44,777 nt of DNA from the IMG/VR virus record IMGVR_UViG_3300010269_000156, positions 1 through 44,777 of that record, one strand, 5' to 3'. Each line of letters begins with the position of its first letter. The stretch's first letter is position 1. Both the position numbers and the translations under genes were made by a program. Shown here piece by piece: positions 37,198-44,777 of this stretch. Under the pieces are notes generated by a model. That model saw nothing but the letters and a program-made list of their open reading frames with translations, did not search any database and was not told the origin of the DNA. The stretch is from a virus. Lineage: Duplodnaviria > Caudoviricetes.

Positions 37198-37980
37198 TTA
37201 GAACCCTGGCCCTTGGTATAGGTCCTCTACCGTTTGCTGTACTTGTTGGCCAGTATTCTGTCTTTTTGGTTGTCTAGGCTGTTGAGTCTGTTGAGGCTGC
37301 TGTGGTTGTGGTTCTGGATCTATATGCTCTATATCTTCTTCGGGTATGTCTATTACTTCTTTATTGGCCATGGTTTCTATTTCAGCTTCTACTTCCACTT
37401 CTGTAGCACTTACTTCTCTAATTACTCCCTGCTCATCTTCTGTATACATAGCCCCTAGGACATCTGGGAATGCTTCTCTTAAGGCTTGCACTAGAGCTGT
37501 TTTTCTTATCATCGTCTTTGGCATCGCCTTCCAGGTTGCCTGCCCTTTAGAGAATTCATCCAGACCTATCTTTGTTATATATGGATGTTTTTTACCTTTG
37601 ACATAGACTTCGGCCCATCCACCTAGTAGTACATCTCCAGGTAGACTGAAGCTGCCTTCAAGCTCCAGGATCTCTTCTCCTCTTTTTACTATGATACCAG
37701 CTCGGAAGCCTTCGAAGTTAGGATCCGCAAAGGCCCTTTTCATATATGCTTCCTTACTTGTGATTAATTGTGCTGGTGCTCCTTTGAATTTTACTAGGTA
37801 GGCTTCATTTAAAAATGGATTTAGCTTTTGGTACCTGCATAGGTTGATAAACATTACTACTTCCTGGTCTGTTACCTGGTCATTTCCTCTAGTTAGATAT
37901 TCCTTTACTATGTTACCTGTTAACTTTACCTCTTGGCCATTTGCCTCATAAATTACTGGCTTATTTAACAATTCGCTCAT
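37198..37980 (-). CDS. recT: RecT/Bet single-strand annealing protein
   Basis: LNPFLNEAYLVKF, W...PKTMIRKTALVQALREAFP, MYTEDE. Confidence 0.9.
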   Translation of the reverse strand: MSELLNKPVIYEANGQEVKLTGNIVKEYLTRGNDQVTDQEVVMFINLCRYQKLNPFLNEAYLVKFKGAPAQLITSKEAYMKRAFADPNFEGFRAGIIVKRGEEILELEGSFSLPGDVLLGGWAEVYVKGKKHPYITKIGLDEFSKGQATWKAMPKTMIRKTALVQALREAFPDVLGAMYTEDEQGVIREVSATEVEVEAEIETMANKEVIDIPEEDIEHIDPEPQPQQPQQTQQPRQPKRQNTGQQVQQTVEDLYQGPGF

Positions 37981-38098
37981 TCTTATTCCCCTCTCTTTTT
38001 ATAATCTTCATTCCGCATATTATGCAGAAGTTATCAGTCTCTTCTATTCGGTTATTCTTGCACCTTGGGCATACGATCCTCTTTTTCTTATCCTTCAT
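37961..38098 (-). CDS. Small zinc-ribbon protein (45 aa)
   Basis: Not in the ORF track; CPRC...NFCIICG. Confidence 0.6.
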   Translation of the reverse strand: MKDKKKRIVCPRCKNNRIEETDNFCIICGMKIIKREGNKNERIVK

Positions 38099-38109
38099 AT
38101 AGCATCCTC

Positions 38110-40059
38110 CTATGCCTGTTCTACTCTTAAGTTCTTATGCCTTGTCACTTTAAGGTTTATCAACTGGGAGTCAGTGTCTATTAGGTCGTTTATGCTTTCT
38201 CGGTTGTCTATAAATATTGGTGTATAGGTGTTGTGGTACTTGCATAGGCTGTTTATTACATCTAGGCCTGCATTAACCTGCCCTGCTGTGTTGGCATTAT
38301 CGAAGGGTACTCCATCTACCAGTACATCACATGTCTCATCTAGTCCACCGTTAACCTGTTTTTTAAATAACCTGAAGGATACCTGATTGAATTTCTCGTT
38401 TATGGTTTTTTCTATTAACTCTGCCTGTGTGGTTATATACTTGTCTACTATGAGCTCCTTTTTCTCTATCTCGCCTATCTGTTGTGATAGAACCTTCTCC
38501 TCTGCCATTAGTTCTTCTATCCTCTTCCTAGTCTCCTGGTTGATTTCATCCTGGTGGAGGTCCTTTTCTAGCTCTATAAGCTCTTCCTCTAACCTTGCCT
38601 TCTTGGTCTTTAGTTCATTAAGTTCCACTGTATCTGGTTTAGCTGTAAGATCTGCTACTAACTCCAGGATCCTAGCCTTAATGCTTTTGTACTCTTCATT
38701 TTCAGCTAATAATGTTTGGATGTCTGGTTTTGGCTTTGTGCCTATAGTTTTCTCTCTATCTTCTATGGCCTTTTCAATGTGCTGGATCTCTCTTTCAAGG
38801 TCTGCTATCTTCTTATTTACTTGCTCCAGCTCTTCCTCATAGCCCTTTACATCTTCAGCCAGGGCCTGCCCTTTATCCCTTATCCTCATGAGTTCTTTTA
38901 CTTGGAAGGATTTAAAGTTTTCTTCTAATTCAGACACTTTGCTTTGTATCTCTACCTCGGAGAAAGGTCTCTTACAAGTAGGGCACTCTTTTATGCTCTC
39001 GTCTATCTCAAATTTTCTATTGGCTTCAAATTGGTAATCTTCTCTTAATCGCTCCAGTTCCTTATTGCCTGCCAATATAACTTTTTCCAGGTTACTAGCA
39101 GCTCTTCTTTCCATCTGCAGCTCTGTCTCTAATTCCCTTATCTTGGATTTAAAGGTCATAATCTGTTCCTTTAGCTCTTGGTCTGGATCTGCTATTTCCT
39201 GCTTTGTCTGGTGCTCTATTTCTTTCAGTCTGCTTTTTAGTTTATAGAGTTCATCCTGCTTTTTAAGTTTTTCCTCATTTAGTTTAGATAGGTCTAGCAT
39301 TTGCTCCTCTATGGCCTTAATGCTGCCCCTTACACTTCTGATCCTTATATCCAGTGCATCTTTATTGACTTCCTTTATAGTCTCATGTAGTGTATTTATC
39401 TTAACTGGTATATTTTCTCTAGCCTTATTTAGCTGTGACCTTTGGTACTTCAGAGCCTCTTTTAACTCCTCTATGGTCTTGTCTTCTAGGTCTTTTTCTA
39501 TGACCCTTAATTGTGGATTAGTCTTAAATATTTGGTCTTTGGATATCTCCTCTCCAGCTAGTTCAAACAGGATCTTCCTTCTATCTTTCCAGTGTAGTTT
39601 CTGTGAGAAGTATAGTGGATCTGTTAGCAGCTGGAATATTTTTTCGTCTATAAGTTCATTAATTTTGCTTTCATACTCCATCTTCTTTACTGGTACATCG
39701 TTGACGAACCTTTCTATCTCATGTCCAGTGAAGGTCTCCTGGTCATTTCCCTTTCTCTTGGTCCATACTTCCTTATAAACCTTCTTTAACTTTAGTTGCC
39801 TTCCATCTACCTTAAATATCCCTTCTACTGAATGCTCTAGCCCATGGATTGGCTCCCCATTTTCCAGAGTTTTTATCTCGAATTGAGTTCTACCTTTGCT
39901 GTCCTTCTCAAACAGTAGCCAGTTAAAAGCATCCACGACAGTAGTCTTACCTGTCCCATTTTCTCCACAGATGGTTGTGGATAACTCGTTAAACTCGATA
40001 TCCTGTTCTCTTAACCCTTTAAAATTCCTGATCTTTAACTTCTCAATAATTAACCTCAT
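38110..40059 (-). CDS. SbcC/Rad50-like coiled-coil ATPase
   Basis: RNFKG, GENGTGKT, CPTC zinc hook in the coiled coil, IFIDNRES. Confidence 0.9.
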   Translation of the reverse strand: MRLIIEKLKIRNFKGLREQDIEFNELSTTICGENGTGKTTVVDAFNWLLFEKDSKGRTQFEIKTLENGEPIHGLEHSVEGIFKVDGRQLKLKKVYKEVWTKRKGNDQETFTGHEIERFVNDVPVKKMEYESKINELIDEKIFQLLTDPLYFSQKLHWKDRRKILFELAGEEISKDQIFKTNPQLRVIEKDLEDKTIEELKEALKYQRSQLNKARENIPVKINTLHETIKEVNKDALDIRIRSVRGSIKAIEEQMLDLSKLNEEKLKKQDELYKLKSRLKEIEHQTKQEIADPDQELKEQIMTFKSKIRELETELQMERRAASNLEKVILAGNKELERLREDYQFEANRKFEIDESIKECPTCKRPFSEVEIQSKVSELEENFKSFQVKELMRIRDKGQALAEDVKGYEEELEQVNKKIADLEREIQHIEKAIEDREKTIGTKPKPDIQTLLAENEEYKSIKARILELVADLTAKPDTVELNELKTKKARLEEELIELEKDLHQDEINQETRKRIEELMAEEKVLSQQIGEIEKKELIVDKYITTQAELIEKTINEKFNQVSFRLFKKQVNGGLDETCDVLVDGVPFDNANTAGQVNAGLDVINSLCKYHNTYTPIFIDNRESINDLIDTDSQLINLKVTRHKNLRVEQA

Positions 40060-40375
40060 ATCTTAACCTCCTCGCTAATGAGTTCATGAATTCTGTAAAT
40101 GCTTGTTGCTCGTAGATTTCAGCTGTCACTATGGCCAGGTAGGTTTCATTATAGGTTGCATTGTATCTCTTGGCTTGCCATGTTAGCTTATGGATGGCAT
40201 AGTCAAGAGCTTCTTTCAGTTGCTGCTTATCTACCTGATATCCTAATATTTCCTCTACTTCCTGTATGAACTTCTTTTTGATTTTTCCTGTTTGTGATAT
40301 AATTAAGTTATAAGCAATTTGGCTTGTGGCCTTTAGCACCTGCCCGTGCTGGAGGCCTTTTTCTTTTGCTTCCAT
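40043..40375 (-). CDS. Hypothetical protein
   Basis: ORF in the early operon. Confidence 0.65.
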   Translation of the reverse strand: MEAKEKGLQHGQVLKATSQIAYNLIISQTGKIKKKFIQEVEEILGYQVDKQQLKEALDYAIHKLTWQAKRYNATYNETYLAIVTAEIYEQQAFTEFMNSLARRLRYEVNY

Positions 40376-40587
40376 CCCTTTACCTCCTCATCCTCAAAAA
40401 CTTCTTTGACCTCGCTTATGACTTCCTTTACCTGGTCCATGGCCAAGGCTATTATCATCAGTAATGGAATTATTAAAAACTCGCCACCTATTGCTCCGTA
40501 TCCCCTTTGTGCTGTTGCTAGTTTGTGTGCCAACGGAGTTAATATTGAACCTATAATTGCTAATAGAAAGTATTTCACTAATCTCAC
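40333..40587 (-). CDS. Small membrane protein
   Basis: RGYGAIGGE motif between two hydrophobic segments. Confidence 0.7.
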   Translation of the reverse strand: MRLVKYFLLAIIGSILTPLAHKLATAQRGYGAIGGEFLIIPLLMIIALAMDQVKEVISEVKEVFEDEEVKGWKQKKKASSTGRC

Positions 40588-40608
40588 CCCCTTCTTGCAG
40601 CTTGTCCC

Positions 40609-40767
40609 CTATATGGCTTCACTAAAATTTTGGCTATTTAGCCTTCTGTAGAATTCTTCCTTGACTTCTTCGAGTTTTTTATCTATGTTTTCAGGTGTTA
40701 CCCCGTATTCTTTTTTCATGTATTCAATCAAAGCGTTTGCTTTATTTAGGTTCTCTGGGCCTGACAT
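40609..40767 (-). CDS. Small hypothetical protein (52 aa)
   Basis: Not in the ORF track; MSGPENLNKANALIEYMKKEYGV; RBS AAGGAGG. Confidence 0.65.
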   Translation of the reverse strand: MSGPENLNKANALIEYMKKEYGVTPENIDKKLEEVKEEFYRRLNSQNFSEAI

Positions 40768-40788
40768 GATATATCCTCCTTCAAATAT

Positions 40789-41016
40789 TTACTTATTTGA
40801 AACGGTTTCCATATTGGACACTATTTCTTTAAAAAAAATTTCTTCTATAGGTATTTTTAGATAGTCTGCTACCTTCTTTGCCTCTTCTAGAGTGAAATTT
40901 ATAGTGCCATTTTCTTTTTTATAGTAGGCTGCCGCTGTCTTTAGTCCTAGTAATTTGGCCATTTCTAGGGCGGATATATTTCTTTCATTTCTGATTCTTC
41001 TTAACTTCTCGAACAT
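40789..41016 (-). CDS. Cro-like XRE HTH regulator
   Basis: 75-aa HTH protein divergent from the repressor. Confidence 0.9.
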   Translation of the reverse strand: MFEKLRRIRNERNISALEMAKLLGLKTAAAYYKKENGTINFTLEEAKKVADYLKIPIEEIFFKEIVSNMETVSNK

Positions 41017-41152
41017 GTCTTTTTCTCTCCTTTCAGTTTCTATTTTGGCGACCTGTTAAGTCTATTATAGTTTCTATTTTGGATATTGTCAACCATATTT
41101 TAAAATTATTTCTTCCATTTTGGATATTTTGTTTATTTTCCATTTTGGATAC
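40805..41152. promoter_or_regulatory. Five 17-bp operator-like imperfect palindromes, consensus GTTTCYATTTTGGATAY
   Basis: Copies at 40805, 41036, 41070, 41111 and 41136. Confidence 0.82.
41064..41092 (-). promoter_or_regulatory. Early lytic promoter (sigmaA consensus)
   Basis: TTGACA-17 bp-TATAAT; the spacer is exactly operator 41070-41086. Confidence 0.88.
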
Positions 41153-41160
41153 TATATAAT
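41132..41160 (+). promoter_or_regulatory. Putative repressor promoter
   Basis: TTTATT-17 bp-TATAAT overlapping operator 41136. Confidence 0.5.
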
Positions 41161-41210
41161 AAAACCAAAGCATATTATGTATAGAAAAGAATAATAAGGG
41201 GGGGATCGCA

Positions 41211-41558
41211 GTGAGAATACGGGAGCTACGACAGGAATTAGGCTTAACTCAAGAAGAATTAGGAAAGAAAATTGGACAGACTAAATCTAATATCTCCAAG
41301 TATGAAAGAGGTACCCTTCAGCCTAGTATTGAAACCCTAACCCAGTTATCGGATCTCTTTAATGTTTCTATCGACTACCTGGTAGGCAGGTCTAATGTTC
41401 GCAATCCAGAAAATAGTAACTGCTTTTTAAAGCAGTTTGACGACTTAAGTGAAGAAAGCAAAAAAGAGCTTGAGAAGTATATCCATCTATTGAAGATCAA
41501 AGACCAGATGGATAAAAGTAAAGAGGAACAATCGTCAGCTTTAGAAAAAAAAGCATAA
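41211..41558 (+). CDS. CI-like XRE repressor (no peptidase domain)
   Basis: LTQEELGKKIG...ISKYERG...FNVSIDYLVGRS. Confidence 0.9.
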   Translation: MRIRELRQELGLTQEELGKKIGQTKSNISKYERGTLQPSIETLTQLSDLFNVSIDYLVGRSNVRNPENSNCFLKQFDDLSEESKKELEKYIHLLKIKDQMDKSKEEQSSALEKKA

Positions 41559-41607
41559 TAAGATCCTTGAAAGGAAGGTCTAAAAATAATATTTGAGGAG
41601 GTATATT

Positions 41608-41958
41608 ATGGCTGCTAAAAATAAAGTTATTGCTGGTGATTATCTTGGTGGTAAAGTTAGTGTTGGTTTTGGTATTGCTAGTATTTCTTATGGTTTTGGT
41701 AAGACTGTAATGCTTACTAAAGATGAAGTGGAAGCCTATGAGCTGGTTACTGATGAGCATAGGAAAAGTGCTGCCAGTGGTGTTGCTCGTGGTTTAGTTG
41801 GTGGTGCCCTTTTAGGTCCAGTAGGTTTGTTAGCTGGTGGTTTATCTGCTAAATCTAAAGGGACCTATACCGTTGCTATACAATTTAAAGACGGAAAAAG
41901 AAGTTTATTAGAGGTAGATGATAAAATTTACAAAGCTATAGTTAAGAGGTGTTTCTAA
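41608..41958 (+). CDS. Lysogeny-module accessory protein with glycine-zipper hydrophobic segment
   Basis: GLVGGALLGPVGLLAGG; ATG 41608 behind GAGGAGG. Confidence 0.75.
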   Translation: MAAKNKVIAGDYLGGKVSVGFGIASISYGFGKTVMLTKDEVEAYELVTDEHRKSAASGVARGLVGGALLGPVGLLAGGLSAKSKGTYTVAIQFKDGKRSLLEVDDKIYKAIVKRCF

Positions 41959-41979
41959 TTTTGATTGACTTTAAGTGCC

Positions 41980-42040
41980 TATATCTTATCTTATCTAGTC
42001 TATTATATATATAAGATATGATTAGATAAGATAAGATATA
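41980..42040. repeat. AT-rich perfect 18-bp inverted repeat
   Basis: TATATCTTATCTTATCTA (41980-41997) and TAGATAAGATAAGATATA (42023-42040). Confidence 0.9.
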
Positions 42041-42044
42041 TATA

Positions 42045-42220
42045 TTCTGTTAAACCGACACAAATTGAATTTTGTTTCTGTAAAACCGACACAAATGATA
42101 TTTGCCTCGTTTAAACCGACACAAATGATATTTTTGTTTCTGTTTAACCGAAGCAATTTTTTAATTTGTTTCTGTAAAACCGACACAAATGCAAATTGCC
42201 TCTGTAAAACCGACACAAAT
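42045..42220. repeat. Six tandem imperfect palindromic ~26-bp repeats, period 30-32 bp
   Basis: Consensus TTTGTTTCTGTAAAACCGACACAAAT; CCGA cores at 42055, 42086, 42116, 42148, 42180, 42210. Confidence 0.95.
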
Positions 42221-42245
42221 AATTATTAAAAAAGGAGCTGGGAAT

Positions 42246-42788
42246 ATGAAAAAGAAGAAAATATTTATAGGTATTTTAATTTTCTTGGTAGCCTCTGTTG
42301 GACTTGCTCTTCTTAGTCCGGATGAAGATACCGAACAAAGCACACCAGATACTACCCCTGCTGTAGTGAGTGATAATGAACCTACTGCTAATGAGGATGA
42401 AGTTCCTGCAGGTAATGAACTTGCTAATCCTTATGAGGGTAGGAAAGCAGAAATATATGACATAGTTTTGAGTCGCATTGAGTCTGGTGATTACTTAAAT
42501 GCCACGATTACTGAAATTAAACTAAACGATAATATGGGAGATCCTGCAGATGGTGATTTTATTTTATTAGTTTATGGGAGCTTTGATATTAAGAATTCCA
42601 AGGAGACAGGGAATAAGATTTTGAGAATGTACGCAGACGATTTAATGGCCAGTGTAGCTGGTGAAGGTGTTACAGAGGTTATTGGAGGTGCTGTATTCTG
42701 GGAAGATGATTATAATAATAGGACTGTTAAATATGCATATGAGTTCAAGGATGGAAACTTCATAATAACCGATGTAATGGGTGAATAA
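42246..42788 (+). CDS. Membrane-anchored/secreted acidic protein (candidate superinfection exclusion or moron)
   Basis: MKKKKIFIGILIFLVASVGLALL signal/anchor, acidic linker; ATG 42246 behind AAGGAG. Confidence 0.75.
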   Translation: MKKKKIFIGILIFLVASVGLALLSPDEDTEQSTPDTTPAVVSDNEPTANEDEVPAGNELANPYEGRKAEIYDIVLSRIESGDYLNATITEIKLNDNMGDPADGDFILLVYGSFDIKNSKETGNKILRMYADDLMASVAGEGVTEVIGGAVFWEDDYNNRTVKYAYEFKDGNFIITDVMGE

Positions 42789-42809
42789 AACTAAATTATA
42801 AAATGTTGC

Positions 42810-42839
42810 TGCGTCGATGATTCGACGCAACTCTTTTTT
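42810..42839 (+). terminator. Intrinsic terminator
   Basis: TGCGTCGA-TGAT-TCGACGCA stem followed by ACTCTTTTTT. Confidence 0.7.
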
Positions 42840-42845
42840 ATACAG

Positions 42846-42871
42846 TTTGTTTCTGTAAAACCGACGCAAAT
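42846..42871. repeat. Seventh, isolated copy of the array repeat
   Basis: TTTGTTTCTGTAAAACCGACGCAAAT (25/26 to consensus), immediately before the integrase RBS. Confidence 0.93.
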
Positions 42872-42886
42872 TTAAGGGGGAATATT

Positions 42887-44605
42887 ATGTTTAATAAAAG
42901 CAAGAATAATAAAGTTGCTATTTATGTAAGGGTTTCTACTCACCACCAGATAGATAAGGACTCTCTTCCCTTCCAGAAGAAAGAACTTATTAATTATTGC
43001 AAGTATATTCTAGGCATTGATGAATATGAGATATTCGAAGATGCTGGGTATTCTGGTAAGAATACGGACAGGCCTGCTTATCAGGAAATGATGTCCAGGA
43101 TCCGCAACGGAGAGTTCACTCACCTACTTGTCTGGAAGTTGGATAGGATCTCCAGGAACCTATTGGACTTCTGTGACATGTACGAAGAGCTGAAGAAATA
43201 TAATGTAATCTTCATTTCCAAGAATGAGCAGTTCGATACCTCCACGGCCATGGGCGAGGCCATGCTTAAGATTATCCTGGTCTTTGCAGAGTTGGAAAGG
43301 AAACTTACTGCAGAGAGAGTCTACGGGATCATGCTTTCCAGAGCAGAGAAGGGCCTATGGAATGGATCACCTGTCCCCCTAGGTTATGACTATGATGAGG
43401 ATACAAAATATCCAGTAATTAATGAGGAAGAGGCAAAGACTGTGAGGTTTATATTCGATACCTATGAGGAGACCAGGTCTACTGGAGAGGTAAAACATCG
43501 TCTTGAATTGGCTGGTATAAAAACTAAAAGGAATGGGACCTGGACCACAAAAACTATTGCTGATATAATAAGAAATCCTTTCTATATCGGGACCTATAGG
43601 TATAACTATAGATATTCTCCCCATGGGAAGATCCGTCCGGAAGAGGAGTGGGTAATCGTAGAAGATAATCACCCAGCTATTATATCCAAGGAGCAATATG
43701 AGAAGTGTAATGCTATAATGGATTCCAATATTCGTGCTAGGGGAGTGAAAAGAACCGATCATATCCATGTCTTTAGGCAATTAATCGAATGTGAGAAATG
43801 TAAAAAGAATTATATTGCAACCGTTGACCGTCCTAGAGCTGATGGGTATAGGCCATCTACATATCGCTGCTATAATTATGTCCATAGTAAGAAAGCTTAT
43901 AGAAAATGTAAAGGGACTATAAGCGAAGTAAAGTTGGGTCCTTTCGTGATTAACTATATTGCTAATCTAGTTAAAGCTAATGAATATATAAATATGTATG
44001 GAGCAAAGGGTAATGAAAAACAAGTAGAAAAAATACTACTCCATGGCCCTGCATTTAAAGATGTTGTTGGTATTGTTCCAGAAGATTTGACTCGAACTTA
44101 TAATATTATGTTAAGTAATACTGGAGATATTTTATTCGATAGGATAGATTCTAGTAAAGAGATTGAAAAAGACATTGAGATGCAGAATTTAAAAGCTGAA
44201 AAGAAAAAACTTGAACGAGCTCTTAAGAGATTAGAAGATCTGTATCTATTTTCTGATGAGAGTATGTCGGAAAAAGATTTTCTAATTAGAAAACATGATC
44301 TGGATAGTAAGATAAATGAAGTTAACAACAAAATAAAAAAGAGATCCATAGAATTTTCTAGGGAGCTCCCTGGCCATGATCTAAATTTTATTAAAAAAGC
44401 TACTCAATATTTACTGGCCCAGAATTTAGTCGGTGATAGGCCTATTAAATATAATAAGCTGGTAAAAGTGGTAGATAAGAAATTACTGCAGGACTTCATG
44501 CAAAGTATTATCAAAAAGGTTACTGTGAGGGAGGATAAAACTATAACATCCATAGAGTTTGTCAACGGTATAACCCATAAATTTATCTATAGAGATGGGA
44601 AATAA
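42887..44605 (+). CDS. Large serine recombinase (integrase)
   Basis: AIYVRVST catalytic Ser, DAGYSG, RPAY, KLDRISR, recombinase domain (NPFYIG, HPAII), CEKC zinc ribbon, coiled coil. Confidence 0.96.
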   Translation: MFNKSKNNKVAIYVRVSTHHQIDKDSLPFQKKELINYCKYILGIDEYEIFEDAGYSGKNTDRPAYQEMMSRIRNGEFTHLLVWKLDRISRNLLDFCDMYEELKKYNVIFISKNEQFDTSTAMGEAMLKIILVFAELERKLTAERVYGIMLSRAEKGLWNGSPVPLGYDYDEDTKYPVINEEEAKTVRFIFDTYEETRSTGEVKHRLELAGIKTKRNGTWTTKTIADIIRNPFYIGTYRYNYRYSPHGKIRPEEEWVIVEDNHPAIISKEQYEKCNAIMDSNIRARGVKRTDHIHVFRQLIECEKCKKNYIATVDRPRADGYRPSTYRCYNYVHSKKAYRKCKGTISEVKLGPFVINYIANLVKANEYINMYGAKGNEKQVEKILLHGPAFKDVVGIVPEDLTRTYNIMLSNTGDILFDRIDSSKEIEKDIEMQNLKAEKKKLERALKRLEDLYLFSDESMSEKDFLIRKHDLDSKINEVNNKIKKRSIEFSRELPGHDLNFIKKATQYLLAQNLVGDRPIKYNKLVKVVDKKLLQDFMQSIIKKVTVREDKTITSIEFVNGITHKFIYRDGK

Positions 44606-44777
44606 TTATACATCTCACTGCATTCATTTGGCAGCCAAAGGTAGAAATATAATAATACTTTTGCTTTCCTGTTCTTGCTTTAATAAGATCATTATCATTC
44701 CTTAATTGCTTAATGATTTCCTCTTGTCGTAGTGCTTCCTCAGATGTCACGATACATGGTGTCGGTCTTTTACTCAT
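44583..44777 (-). pseudogene. miaB: 5' fragment of tRNA methylthiotransferase MiaB, interrupted by the prophage
   Basis: KYYYISTFGCQMN is the hallmark N-terminal (UPF0004) motif; the expected xxDSE continuation is replaced by AVRCIIISHLYR*. Confidence 0.85.
44590..44645. other. Predicted prophage/host att junction
   Basis: MiaB similarity stops at ~44618-44625, just past the integrase stop; GAGATG/CATCTC inverted repeat on the phage side. Confidence 0.7.

Larger units (their letters stand above)
1..44620. mobile_element. Temperate prophage (contractile tail, serine integrase) inserted in host miaB; left end outside the window
   Basis: Canonical module order integrase-immunity-replication-packaging-head-tail-lysis; the right boundary coincides with loss of MiaB similarity after GCQMN. 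Confidence 0.95.

Noticed and set aside
37255-37320. Gln/Pro-rich low-complexity tract in RecT
   Set aside because: Ordinary disordered linker before the C-terminal tail
4110-40864. Numerous plus-strand ORFs antisense to phage genes
   Set aside because: Shadow frames rich in Ser/Phe/Ile with no motifs; only 31754..32161 has a recognisable family
42045-42220. CRISPR array
   Set aside because: Linkers are only ~4-6 nt, with no unique spacers and no cas genes in the window
42022-42343. Minus-strand ORFs across the repeat array and the 19-aa N-terminal extension of the 42189 ORF
   Set aside because: Translations merely echo the DNA repeats; the RBS supports ATG 42246
42045-42788. Type III toxin-antitoxin (repeat RNA plus toxin)
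   Set aside because: No terminator between the repeats and the gene, and the downstream protein has a signal/anchor rather than resembling ToxN, CptN or TenpN
4038-44777. Second VR/target for the DGR
   Set aside because: No further copy of the GC-rich TR sequence was seen by eye; a local alignment would be needed to exclude a diverged copy

Overview
Nearly complete temperate myovirus-type prophage from a low-GC Firmicute (Clostridia/Tissierellia-like, inferred). Reading right to left: a 5' fragment of host miaB cut at the prophage boundary (~44620); a large serine integrase; two membrane or secreted accessory genes separated by an unexplained phased palindromic repeat array; a cI/cro switch with five 17-bp operators; early recombination/replication genes (Rad50-like ATPase, RecT, MBL hydrolase, DnaD-like, DnaC-like); an accessory region with insertion and deletion scars; a late activator; a ParB-methylase; terminase, portal and head genes; a PBSX/Xkd-like contractile tail and baseplate; a complete diversity-generating retroelement (CLec/FGE target with VR, hairpin, avd, TR, RT; every TR/VR difference lies at a template adenine); and lysis genes running off the left edge. 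The other att junction is not in the window. The least explained elements are the ~31-bp-period repeat array with its AT-rich inverted repeat and seventh copy before the integrase, the split miaB, and an apparent loss and re-acquisition of a DUF5131 gene. Product calls come from motif recognition and synteny only; no searches were run.
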